64,000 nt of DNA from Eremomyces bilateralis CBS 781.70 (Eukaryota): the NCBI GenBank assembly GCA_010015585.1, contig ML975181.1; one strand, given 5' to 3'. The position numbers were made by a program, and so were the translations under genes. This document shows, one piece after another, positions 11,748-24,121 of the stretch. Below the pieces are notes generated by a model. That model was not told where the DNA came from. It made no database searches and worked only from the letters and a program-made list of their open reading frames with translations. Numbering within the stretch: the first letter of the stretch is position 1; each line of letters begins with the position of its first letter.

Positions 11748-12575
11748 GGTGCGAGTGAAAGCAGCGGAGACCTCGTGGACCGCAAGGCCAGCGTCCGGCC
11801 ATGATCACGGATTTATTATACTTCTCAACAACCTCAATGTGGCTGAATTGTTGCCTCAATCGTCTGCCTGGACAAGGCTCTGGATTTTCAAGTTCATTCG
11901 ACCTGATCGGCATACGCCCAATATGAAGACAAGGCGAAGTGCATTCGTATTGAGCCATGTTGGGTGAATTCGCCAATGACAGTGATGAGCGTCGCCAAAC
12001 CTAACCGCTTTAGGTTCAGAGCCCCATCCGACCTTGTGGCTAAGAATCAATCCCTCGCCCTTTCTTCAACCCTCGTATACTCTATGTCGCCCCATTCTAA
12101 AGCAACGGTACTGTGACAATACTACATAGGTGCAAGGCTACGGAAATATCGGCAGGTCAGCCCAATGGCGTTAAGACAACTGGACAACATATCCCATTCG
12201 CCCTTCTGCCTCTCTTTACCCTTTCTAGAAGCCACCTCACCCCAATGCATGCGGTATCACATCCAGTCCTCGCCGACACAGCCCCGAGCCTTGCATTTAA
12301 GCATTCAGCCGTATGGGTGATATGATAGTTGGGTGATTGAATGACCGATGAGAAACAAGGCGGGGGCCTAAAGATATGATGGCAAATTTATGAACTCGCA
12401 AGGCTGTGAGGACGGCGGACTACTTTATGCGGACACCCCACCACGCAGAGAATGTGATAAACCTCCAGCCTTGTTGGAAACAGTGTCATCAAAGAGTGGA
12501 AATCTCGGACCTCCTGAAACTGATTTGTTTCCCAAATCTGTAACTTCTCCTTAGAGAAGACGTTGAACTGTGGAG

Positions 12576-15315
12576 ATGGTAGTTAGTCCAGGAGAATATC
12601 AGTATTCAGATAGAAGGCTGATCAGAATAGAAACGAAACACTTTGGGAAAGATATTCGACGAACGATCCGCTCGAGTCTCGGACCTAGAAGTCAACCGAG
12701 TCTCGGACCTCGAAGTGAACGAAGACACAAAATCCGAAGTTAGCATGGACGAGATGACCGACGACATGAATAACACATCAATCGGTGGACTTGAGATTCC
12801 CGGTCTCGACGCCTGGGAACCTCAAGTTCGGCCTGAAAGTATGTCTGATGAAAGCGCCGGTGTGGTATCGGCTCGGGCAGACCGCACTGTCGGCGCCCTC
12901 AAGACGAAAGAAGTCATCTGGAACATGATTAGCAACAAGGCCTTGAGTCAAGCGGAAACCACGAACATGCTCTCCAGCCTCGCCAAAGCCGATACTGCCG
13001 TTCGCAAGACCTTCGCAACAGGACTAGGGCCACTGGATAAAGTATATCCGAGTGTCCCGGTGCTCGCGGTTCGATTGACGTTCCTTCCTGGAGCTGATAA
13101 GCCACAGGTCAACCGCCTGGAACAGGTAGGCATGGTGGCAGGAGAACCGGATCAGCGCACACCGTTGTGGCGCGTCATGACCGCTGGCAGCCTGCTTCAG
13201 GACTTTGAAATCAAGCAAGATCTGTCCATTGTCTTCAAGGATCGGGTCTCACAGTATGCCGGCGAGGCCAGGTCTCGACTCCAATCGAACCGTTCCCCAT
13301 ATGGGCTCGGATCTACCATGACCGGCGTGGTAGAGATTGAAGGCAAGACTTACGAGGCCGTGACGATTGATTCGGACCACGTCAAGATTGTGAACAATCT
13401 TCGCGCTCAAAGGTACCCATGCGACATGGAGGCGACCCTGATCGAGGTCGATGGGACGTCCTTGATGGCGTTGATGACCAATTATCGGCACTTGATCAAC
13501 AAGGGGGGCCCGGAGATGGATTTCGAAGAATCGGAAAAGCTGCTCGACGGCATGATTGAGGACGCGAGACGAGTGATTTATAGGAGTCCGATCCTATTCC
13601 GAGCCTCGACGCGGCAGCAGATCATTGCGTCGAGGAACACTCGCTATGGAGTCAATCACGATCAGGTCTTCCAAACGCTGACAACGAGCGAGGGGATCCG
13701 TGAGATATTGTCTCTCAGCGCATCATACTACAACTCGTTGGATCCGGAAGACACCAATACACGGGTGCAGAAATTCATCCGGCCTCGATTCCTGCAAATG
13801 ATCGTGTTGTTGATCTCCTTGTTGAACGAGACCGACACTCAAAAGATCGCTCGGTTTTTGGAACAGACTTACAAGCTCAAGGCGGACCGACCCAGTCTGG
13901 AACTCCTAGTCCTGAAGGTTATGCCTCTGATATCGATAAATTCCCAGGTCTTCCTGACGGCGATCGTCCCTGCAGTTGAGGGGTTCCCACTCACCGACAC
14001 CAGACCGGAATACCAGAGTTGGTATTGGGATTTCTTTGTGAAGCAGATGCTGAAGCGAGGCTACTTCTTGCCGGGCACCGTCGCCACCCTTGGCCGCCAA
14101 CAGTCGTCATGGCTCGTGAAATGGCCCAAGGGGGGGTTCAATACGTCCCTCGTGTTCAATAATCTCCAGTTCAGCGGTGATTTGCGGACCGGGAACGATA
14201 TTCCCGCCCTCGAGCTTCATCCCGAGCAAGGACAATCGGAGCTTACTGTGATCATGACAAACGGCGACACGTACATCGTTGCCGCGTCCGACGTCGAGAG
14301 GATCACCTCCCTACAAACCGGACAATATCCGCTTCGGGAGCCAGGAGACAACGGTCGCACCATGACCATGGAAGTACGAGACGAGTCACTCAACGAGGAG
14401 GAGTTCGAAGCACTGTATATTGCCAACGTCCTCGTTGAAAATTTCAACCGACATATTGTCTCTGTCCGCCGTAGTACCTCCTCGAGGCTCACCAACCTGG
14501 TGAGATACAGAGGCGTGGGCCGCGCGCCCAAAGACACATCCGGCCTGCAGGCTTTGGCCACCACGGGACGATTGACACGGCATACTGCGACGCTGAACGG
14601 GATAAAGCTTGCCGTCGCCTACAAGCTGAATGGACGCAAGATAAATAAACACCAGGTTTCAAGACTCATGCAACGAAAGAACTCGGAGATACTCGGGATT
14701 AGGAACTACTATTCCGTGCGCGTTGAAAAACGAATCATCTCTCTGGAAAGGCAGTATGAAGACGACTTCTGGCGAGCGGTGCGGAATATCCAAGGCTTCC
14801 TGACCCAGGCAGAATCCAAAAGAAAGGATGTCGAAGATTCTGACTTACTGTCCGACGAGCCCATCTCCCAAGTCATCTACCCAGGCGCCAACGGCAAAGT
14901 CGCATCGAACGTCTGGTTCGAATACGAAGTCGAGCCGTACGTCAACGGGCCGCTGAAGATGCATGCGCGACGGTCCCAGGTGATCAGCTGCGCGTGGCTG
15001 GCGCACAATGTCATCGAAGTCGGGCTGCAAAACGATCCGAACCGGTACTTCGTCAGTCCGCTCAAATTCGTGGAGGAGGGGGATCGGAACGATGAGATTC
15101 AGGTGGAGGACCATGCCATCCTCGCGGGTCAGTACATGATCATTGCGGAGGGCAACGATAATCTGAGGGTGATTGGGAACTTGATCATGACCAATTGCCT
15201 TCGGATCATTAGTGTTGAGGAGGTCAATCGGACGAGAAGGGGGGCGAATCGTCAGGGTCGAGGAGCAAACCGTGCAGCTACAGGAGAGAGTCTGACCGCA
15301 TGTGTCTTTGTTTGA
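12576..15315 (+). CDS. Large intact ORF, probable endogenous viral element-derived gene resembling chrysovirus P4 (alphachryso-P4)
   Basis: 890-codon open frame 12643-15315 with no internal introns and no recognisable cellular domain. Motifs GLGPLDKVY, RTPLW, RQQIIASRNTRYG, N.LD.E..N.R....PRFLQ, LNETDTQ, KLKADR.SLE and RGYFLPG recall chrysovirus P4 proteins (from memory, unverified). Likely start ATG 12576 joined by an intron ending at 12630; first in-frame ATG otherwise 12745. Confidence 0.6.
12673..12720 (+). repeat. 24-bp tandem duplication encoding RVSDLEVN x2
   Basis: CGAGTCTCGGACCTAGAAGTCAAC / CGAGTCTCGGACCTCGAAGTGAAC; the two differences are synonymous. Confidence 0.9.
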
Positions 15316-15342
15316 TGGAATGTTGGAGATATCCTCTGCGCC

Positions 15343-15490
15343 CTGCGGTCTTCATATGTTGTCGTTCTAGGTGTTTAGGTCTGGTGTCGGCATATTCCTT
15401 CATTCTGGATCAAAGATAGTTCTCTGTGGTCTTCATATGTTGTCGTTCCGGGAGAATGATTAGGTATATTCCTTCATTGTAGATGAAAGA
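15343..15490. repeat. Imperfect ~75-80 bp tandem duplication just 3' of the large ORF
   Basis: GGTCTTCATATGTTGTCGTTC at 15347-15367 and 15428-15448; ATATTCCTTCATT at 15392-15404 and 15466-15478; the intervening spacers differ. Confidence 0.85.
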
Positions 15491-18400
15491 CTGGCGTCTG
15501 GTTCTTCAAGCCGTCGACCACCTGGAAGCGTTGATATGTTTCCTAGTGTCAATTGTCAATCAGTTCGGCCTCGATCAGGACTAAGACGAAACAAGATTGT
15601 ACATAGTATACCGGAGCATCGTGATAATTACCCAGTGATCGTCACCATTGCCCAAATAGGCAAGCTATATTCCAGAATCTAGATTAGTGCAGCGCCGATC
15701 TATATGCTGCATAGCCAAGTGCATGGAAAAGTTCGAACGAGCCCGTGTTTTTCCCAAATTCGCTTCAGTCCGTCTCAGCCTCATCGCTCTCACGAATCCA
15801 CGTTGCAGAACTGATCACCGCCGTGCATGCATAACTATATCCAATAGTCAGAAATCCCAGGTCGGGCAACCAGTCGGCAGGCGTGCGATCAGCCTTAGCT
15901 CACGCAAACAAGAGGAAAAATATGGAAATACAGCTTTGCAGCAGGGATCATTGCTGATTCGCTGGGAGAGAAATGTTCTTCGCCCATTGCCCCATTCAGA
16001 TGCAAACCGGATGTCTGCGGCGCCAGGGGTGCTAAATTGGTTCAGGTCTTCAGAACTTCATGACTCAGGAGGTTTCCTCAGCCATCGCTGATCATGACGC
16101 CTTTCACGGTTCACCAGCTCTTTATGATCGCCATCGCCTGTCGTTTGGTTTTTGGGATCGCCGTAGCCCACAGCTGACAGCCCATAGCAGATAGCATGCT
16201 TGACTGCTCGTGCAGTTTCTGGAAATCAATAATCAAGAATCGCGTGTCGAACGCGATGGGGATTGGGATGGCGATGTGACAGGGGGTCCATGGTTAGCTT
16301 TTCTGATAATGTGGCTGTTCCTGATAGGGCAGGCCCTATTTGCGATTCATTCGAATATCAAGTCCGGGATGGTATTAGGCGTTGAGATGGTTTGTGACTT
16401 GTGGGTGAAGATGTGCAGCTTTTTGGAACCTCCATCGAGTGCTACATGTGTGATGTGATGGCTCAGGTATAGGGTCATTACTTATTTGGGCCAGGGACGC
16501 GTCTTGCCGTTGACTTACATAAGCTCAACAATTAACACCTTGACACCTTTGTCGCCTAATGACAATTGGTCGCGGAATTGGAACCGGGTCGTTTTCTGAA
16601 CCAAATCATTGATGACGGCATCAATCTCCACCCTTCCTCTCAATCCCGCCCGCTAATCTAACGGCGGCTTATGGCGCCAATCTTGCGATTCCATCCTGGA
16701 TCCCTTAATGAAATGAAGCGAGCGGTTTTCGAGCCGTTGCTGTAAATAACTTATGGACTATGGTGGATCTCGTGGAGTCGGGAATCAGGGGCCTGGACCG
16801 TCGCGAGGTCGATCAGCAGAACTCGAACGATTGATATGGGACGACTGGCCTGTCAGGCCGACGAGTGTCCGAATTATGCATATTCTAGAGCAACAGCTTT
16901 CAATGTTGAACCATTGCATTCGGTACGGAGAGAGGGCCGAGAAGACTTGAATGGCAATGGACTCAACCTGGAAAAAAGCACCGGACCCAGATAGGAGAAA
17001 GTCTCGGCCCAACCGACCATCCTTGAGAATCACCAGTCCGATCCACCAAGCAAATCCTGTTTCTGTACGACCACACGCCATACGGTACCTTGGTCCTTGA
17101 TAGACTAGAGATAGACTGGAGATAGGTAACTTAGGTTAATCACCTCCCCAACTACCCGTAGCACCACCTCGAAAAGCCCACCCCCTCGTCCGACCACCGT
17201 AGCACAATATCCACGATGCCGCAATATTTTTCCCTGCCTGTCGGACCCGGATGCGTGGTCTCAAGATCGCACAACAACAACCACCGTCTGCATGGTTCTT
17301 GAACCTTGCGCAACGGAAATTGCACTCCGGCGAACCTCGTCCAATTCTCCGTCCAAAAGTTGCCAGTTCCAATAAGAGTGAAATCCAAACCCACCGCATG
17401 TTTTGGTGACCGACGCGAACGCGCTTGAGGGTCCTCCCCCACCGTTGAGCGGAGGACGGGACGGGGAGATGCTCGAGTCCGGAGTCACCTTCTGATCGGG
17501 ATGGGAGCATGCAAGAACGTGTTCGTGGGAGCCTGGGAGGGCGACGCGGAATCGGTGCGAAGAACGCAATCAGCTCGCCGGAAGACTTGCAGTCGTCGCC
17601 CAATGCCTAAACCATCGAAACGTCGTGCCACGGCGTTAGAAAAGCGACGCATATCCCCCCTGAATTCTGATAAACATCCAGAGAAAGTAGCAACCGAGTC
17701 AAGCAACATCTGCCCAGCGTCTCGGCATTATTTACAACAACTCCTTTATTCTCGGCACCGATTCTGATGTGTTTCGAAACGCTCCGCAACGACCGACTCC
17801 CCTGCTCGTCGCGAACGCGACATGCCAGGATTTCGTGGACGCCTTGGAAGTTGGAACCCCCCCGGCTCGTGGTGCCTGTGCCTGCACGAAGGAGAGGATT
17901 CCTGGCCCCGATGATTGGGTCGGGCAGCAGAGGTGAGAGGATGCCGTGGGACGGGGGATCCCGGTGGTTAGGCGAGGCGGAGCAGGATCCACTGCGCGGG
18001 CGCCAACACGTCACTGATGGGTGGTGGTGCTGGGGTTGGGAGAATTCAAAGGTTCGATTTTGATATTGATGGGGGAAAGGAGAGGTTGATATCATTGTTC
18101 CTTTCTCTTTTTGTCATTGGGTATACGGAAGACGTGATAGGAAATCAGCCATTTTCGACACGGAAGTATAAGCGTTTGTTTCAGAGATGCGGAGTGGACA
18201 TGTGGTGTGATGATTGATGGATATTGGCTCATATTGCACTTTGCAGCCCCTGACCAGAGGCTCTATATCAACGAGCATGGTTTACGTGTGTGTTGAGCAC
18301 TTGAGCAGTAGCATAGAAGTCAACGGACCGTATAGAGTCTTCCAAGGAAGCTTGTTCCAGTCACCCTTCCAGAAGTTTCGTATACAACACTTCCTCTTGA

Positions 18401-20630
18401 TCCTCCGTCTCCAACTCCCACCACTTTGGATCTCACTATCGGGGTCTAGACCACTCCGTCCAGAATGCTTGGATGGTATAATTATCTCGCTGCATCCGCT
18501 GGGTCTGTGGATTGTTGCAAAGTAGTTCCTTCGAATGCCGTGTAAGGGAGAAGACAGCACGAAGCCACGGCTGCCCGCAGCATCGACCGGCTTGTTGAGG
18601 CTATGACACAAGTGCTCTCCCATCGTCGTGGTGGTAGAAGATATAAACGTAGGAAGAATGGAGATATCAGCTAGATTGAGGATATCCGGATATTCCATTG
18701 CCAGCCCGAGTCGAGAGTGACCTGGCGACTGACCAGCATAGGAAGGAGCAGTATCAGACTGCGATCTGTCTCAACTGGATATCTCGAGTTTGATATCGGT
18801 CCTGATTTAACGTATTATCCGAAAACCGTATCGCGAGCCTCAAGGAGTCGCAGTCACGAGCAGATTATACGAAATTCCTCCCTCCATGAGATCTCCACCA
18901 CATATCAACTCCGTGGGCACTTTTCCGACGCATTTGGTCTTTGCATGTCTCATCCGCACCGTTCACCAAACCATCGAATGCCCTAGTACAAACGTGCCTT
19001 AACGTTGGGACAGTAACCGCACAGCCACGAACCCATTCCCGCTAGATGATCTATACATCATCAATAATCGGATATCGCAAGGGTCAACGTCAGTGGCAGA
19101 AATCAGTGTTTGGGGGCAGCCGTTCGCAGGGTTCTTCGGTCCACGTAAACTCCACCATCGCCCACGGCCCACGAAAGCCCTTTCTCCCGTTTCACCCCAA
19201 CCTTTTCCCATCCCAATCCTCTCCACTCTAACGGCGGACTCCAGGAGACCAGGATCAAACCAGTGACCACTGATCAGAATTCAGAAAGCAGCGAGACGCC
19301 AAGGAGTGGCTTCCTGGCCCAGTCTCCTCGCGTTCCTTGCGGTGCTGCGGCTGTTTTTAAGAGCGGGATAACCACCACGAAACAAAAAAAGTGGTCACCG
19401 TTGTGTATTACGGACTTCTCCTTCCGACTATCGCAATCAATATTAATCTTCTGATCGGATGGTCGGTCTCGGTTCATTCATTTCCTCTCGTTCTGGGCCT
19501 GCTTCCATCCCCATTCACCTCCAATAATCCAATCTCCAACAGCCATACCGCAGTCCGTCCCTCGTTTTTCGGCTGCCGGTATCGAATTCACCTCTTCCGG
19601 CCATTCGCTATTTTTCTAGACCATCACAGAAACGATAAGTGATAACCAAGTGGTTGTTGCACCTCCCACCCAACGACACGGGCGTCGCCTGCTGACTTGC
19701 ATCGGCAAAATCGCGATCGCTGCGCCTGGTGGCGGGTGGTTGGTGCTTGAGCCTGGAATTGGTTGAATGGAGCAGAGAACAGTGCAACTTTTCACCCCCT
19801 TCCGCTTTCTCCATCCGGCCCGTTGATTCACCTTTTTTGGCCCGTGGCTCCTGCGACGAAGCTCTAGCCAGTTAATTCATCTGGAAACCGTCTGGACTTG
19901 AATCTTTTCGATGGGATTCAAGTTTTGGTGGTGACTACATTGCATCTGATTCTCTGCACATCTCTGCAATTTGTATAGAACAGCAACCATTACACCACCA
20001 GACACTACTCCTGTTGCATCTTCCGCCACCCCGTCTTATCGTCCTTCGATCCAATCGCGATCGTTGGTTCCTGGGGCCCCCAACCGAAATCAGGACCTTT
20101 CAAGATACAGGGCCTGCTTGCTCTCCACTTCCTCCAGGAACAAGCCGAACCTCCGCACCCCTCTACGTACGACAACTCACTTTCTCTCGAGCTATTCCTC
20201 TTGCTCATCCCTCGCAGTCGTCCTACCACAGGATCACTCTCATTTCTTGCCAACTGAGAGGTTGACTTTTCACCCATCGTGCTGCCTAAAAAAGTTCCCG
20301 TCGTTGAAGATCATCCAACCTCACTTTCGTTCCATCCAATCCACGGTCGCACCCACAACCGTTCCTTCGTTGCACCTGAACCAACGGCTGCACCTGCACT
20401 CGACCTGTTCCCAAGTACCCTTAATTTCGGAACCTCTCAACATTCAACTGGGCTTGACGCCGACGTCTTTCACCACGCACTACGACGCCGACTTGCTGCA
20501 CGCCAACACCTCCCTGCCGAACCGGGGCACTATCGCCAACCATTGAACGCCAGATCTTCCAATACTTGGACCGCAAATCCTTTTTGCTCGACGCTCGCCG
20601 GAGCGTCATTGTCAGACGTCCTCGCCTGGC

Positions 20631-23378
20631 ATGGCTCCGTCCAATACGCCTCCGCAACTGCGAGTTCTCGTCGGTAAGTGATTGACAGACTTTCGACGCA
20701 TTCCATGGCCCTTTTCACCTCTCGACACCTTCGAAACTTCTGCCTAGTCCCGACCGGAAATGGCGCATTAGAATAGAAAGTCGAGGACACCCAATTCACT
20801 ATCAATTCGGCGTTCCTGTTTTCCTTGTTGTCCTTCGTTTCCCTTCGTTTCCCTTCGATCGCTTCACCGTGGCCTGGCAAGATGGAAGAAGACCTGCTAA
20901 TCAAAGTTTGTATAGTGGGAGGGAATGCGTTGTCAGCCTTTCTATCATGGCGTCTCCAAGCTACCCAGATGTGCGATGTCACTCTCGTCTGGAAGAACCA
21001 GTACGAAACCGTCCAACAATATGGCGTGTCATTCAAGTATGTGCTGGCTCACCACCGTCGATGTTATACCGCTAATTGATTGCCAGGTCACCGGTGTTCG
21101 GAAATGAACGGTTCAAACCGTATGCAGGTAAGATGCCAGCGACACAACAACTCTCAATTCAATGCTAACTGCTCTATAGTGGTATCGTCCACAGCCGAAG
21201 CCGCCGCACGAGGATCACAATTCGATTATGTCCTCCTTTGCGTGAAAGCCCTCCCCGACCACTACGACATCTCCGAAGTTATCGCACCCGTCGTTTCCGT
21301 CCAACACACCTGCATCCTCGTCAATACTACACACGCACTCGGCATCGAGACATACTTGGAACAACGGTTCCCGATGAATGTCGTCCTTTCGCTAGTATCC
21401 GCCGCCGAGATCGTCCAACTCGGTCCTTCCGAATTCGAACACAAATCGGCTACAGACCTCTGGGTTGGCGCAGCCAACAGGAACCCGAAGATCCCTGCGG
21501 CCATCCAGACCGACATGGCTGCGGCTATTGCTATGACGCTCACGTCCGGGAAGGTCAACTGTAAAACGTCACCGAATATCCGACAACAACAGTTTGAGAC
21601 GATGATGGGGTAAGCTTTCCCAGTCCCCTCACTGGGCATCGATTGAATGTAGCTAATGACGGCATAGTCCCGTCGCTTTCCACCCGGCCAGCGTCATCTT
21701 CGAAAACACCAATTACGGCGAGTTAATGGAACAGCCCGGCGTCCGAGCGATCATCGAAGGCGTTCTCGACGAACTCATCGCCGTTGCTGAAGCAAAAGGT
21801 TGCCAGTTTCCCGCCGGCTACCGCCATGAAATCATCCAAACAATGACCCAGAAGAATATAGAGGCCAACCAGAACAGCATTATGTACCTGGACTTCAAAG
21901 ACGGACGACCAATGGAAGTGGAGACGTATCTTGGAGCTCCGATCAGGCTAGCCCAGGAAGTCGACGTCAAGGTTCCTCGGGTTGAAACGCTGTATGGAGT
22001 CATGTACGACCTCAACATCAAGAATCAAGCAAGACACAAGGAAGGTCCTCCGGCTGGACCTGCTGCCACAGCGACTCCTGGATCTCCCGGATCTATCCAC
22101 CCTCCTCGGATTTCCTCTCACGGTGCACAACACATGAACGGCGGTCCACCATCCGCCATGATGAGTGCCATGCGAGGCGGAAGAGGCCGGCCTCCCATGA
22201 GCGGTCCTCCAGGCATGCGAAGAGGTGGTCCGATGAACGGATACGGACCTGGCCCACGTATGTCAAATGGCAATTACGGACCCGGTCCACAACTCTCAAG
22301 GCGGCCCTCTTTTGAGGACAGCAATTTGGATGAGTTTTCACATGTGGTCATGTACGACAACCTCCCTGAAGGCGGACTTCCTGATGGCGAGGCCAATGGA
22401 CACCATCCGAATGACATGGTTCTCCGCGAGCGGGAATTGGCACTGCGACAACGAGAGTTAGCTCTTCGTGAGGCGGAAATGAACATGCGAAGACACCGAC
22501 CCGGTCCGCGGAGACCACCACCTCCGGCTTCCATAAACGGCGCAATATACGATGATGAAGAGGACGACGATTTTATCGACGGGCCGACGCGGCCGATGAT
22601 GAATCCTAATCAGGACTTGGATATGGTGAGTATCACATCGAATCGTAACAGGAAGTCCGCAAGCCAGGGAAACATGAGAGGTATGGATCCACGCCAACGA
22701 GGAGGCTCCCGGATGGGATTCCGGCCTCCCTTTGGCAAGAACCGCACCAGTGCCACGATCATGGACCAGATGCCGAATCCGCGCGATGCGATCCTCGACA
22801 GCTCCCTCCTCGGCATCTCCAGCAACCGATACGGCGACACCGACCGTTCCGTCCGGATGCAGCACCATCAATCCTCCCGAGCAAACTCCATGACCACCCC
22901 GAGCCTATACCATTACCCCGACCACATGCCGCGACCGCCGATGCACCCCAACTCCAGCATGCGGCGATCCAGCCAATCCCCCGGCAACCCTCTCGCGCCC
23001 CCTTCCTTCGGTCCCCGCCCCGGCGGGCGTCCCTCTCCTCCCCACGGCTACACCGGCGGCCCACCTCACGGCGGCATGCCCGGCGCCCCACGCGGCGGGC
23101 GGCCCTCCCCCCCGAACATGCAGCAACCAGTGCCGCGCCATCCACCGGGCCACGGCAACGCGGTGGCGCCGGATCAGGTGGAACAACAAGCTGGGGTGAG
23201 CACGACCCTTTACCCTCCCAAGCACGGCCCACAAGTGCGCAGTCTGACAGGCAGTGCGAGCGGTAGCGGGGAGAGTGGTGACAGCGGCGACGCGTCGGTC
23301 AATAGCAGCTCGAGCAGCTTGGCGCACCATCAAGGCGGGAAGCACCTCCCGAGGCCGCCGCCCGTTCCGATGAAGTAG
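20631..23378 (+). CDS. Ketopantoate-reductase (PanE/ApbA)-fold protein with long disordered C-terminus (SVL3/PAM1/mug72-like)
   Basis: MAPSNTPPQLRVLV|VGGNALSAFLSWRLQAT, FDYVLLCVKALPD, ILVNTTHALGIE, SIMYLDFKDGRPMEVETYLGAPIRLA, then a P/G/M/R-rich tail with a RERELALRQRE coiled coil. Introns 20674-20915, 21038-21087, ~21128-21179, ~21610-21667. Confidence 0.85.
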
Positions 23379-24061
23379 AGGGTGAAGCCATTTCCTCACG
23401 CAGAGAGGGTCTCTCGAGCGGGTTTTCATGCGACCGGAAGCGGATCGAGCGAACGGATATTTTGGACCGTTCCTTGAAATGGTGCCGCGTCCCTGCGCTG
23501 CGTTTACGATATCCACCGACGACGACGATCAAAAAAGTTTTCTTCTTCGGCATTTCTCTTTATCGGGCTTCATTTAACTCGGAATTTGGTCCTGGGACGC
23601 CTCCCTGATTGGCATCATGTGCTGATGCAGACCGATCATCCCCGCACAGTGCATGTCGGGCTTCTTTAATTCTTAATCCACAACCCCCCTACACCACACC
23701 ACCCCACGACTCATCCAGCTCTCTCCTTTCTCGGCGTCATGACACCACCTACATAACGAATGGGATCTTTTCCTTTTTTGCGGAAACGGCGGCGGGGACG
23801 CATTGCACGGATCTGGATCGCGGACACGATCCACCGCCACCATCCTTCGCGGCTTTAATGAAAACAACTATAGACTTTTTTCTCCTTCTCTTATGTGGAA
23901 AGCATGCGGTTGATTTTTCTCTCCCTCCCTTTTCGTTGCGTCGACGCGAGACATCACATGCGCGGACACGCATACGGTTTCGAACGTCGAGGCGTGGATC
24001 GCATCTTTTGGGGCTTTCTGAGGAAGGGCACCAGGCAGTTGGATGCGGACCGATGCCACGG

Positions 24062-24121
24062 CAATCCCCTAATCCACAATCCCCTAATCCACAATCCCCT
24101 AATCCATGATCCCCTCATCCC
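24062..24121. repeat. 15-bp minisatellite (CAATCCCCTAATCCA)x3 plus one degenerate copy
   Basis: Directly visible tandem repeat downstream of the PanE-like gene. Confidence 0.9.

Noticed and set aside
15343..15490. CRISPR-like repeat-spacer appearance
   Set aside because: Only two copies of each block, unequal short spacers, eukaryotic genome, no cas genes.
18214..18990. Protein-like fragments with stops on the minus strand (e.g. DPKWWELETEDQEEVLYTKLLEG)
   Set aside because: Too short and unrecognisable to call a pseudogene.
24062..24121. CCCTAA-containing repeat as interstitial telomere or telomerase template
   Set aside because: The unit is a 15-mer (CAATCCCCTAATCCA), not tandem CCCTAA, and no TAACCCTAA template context is present.
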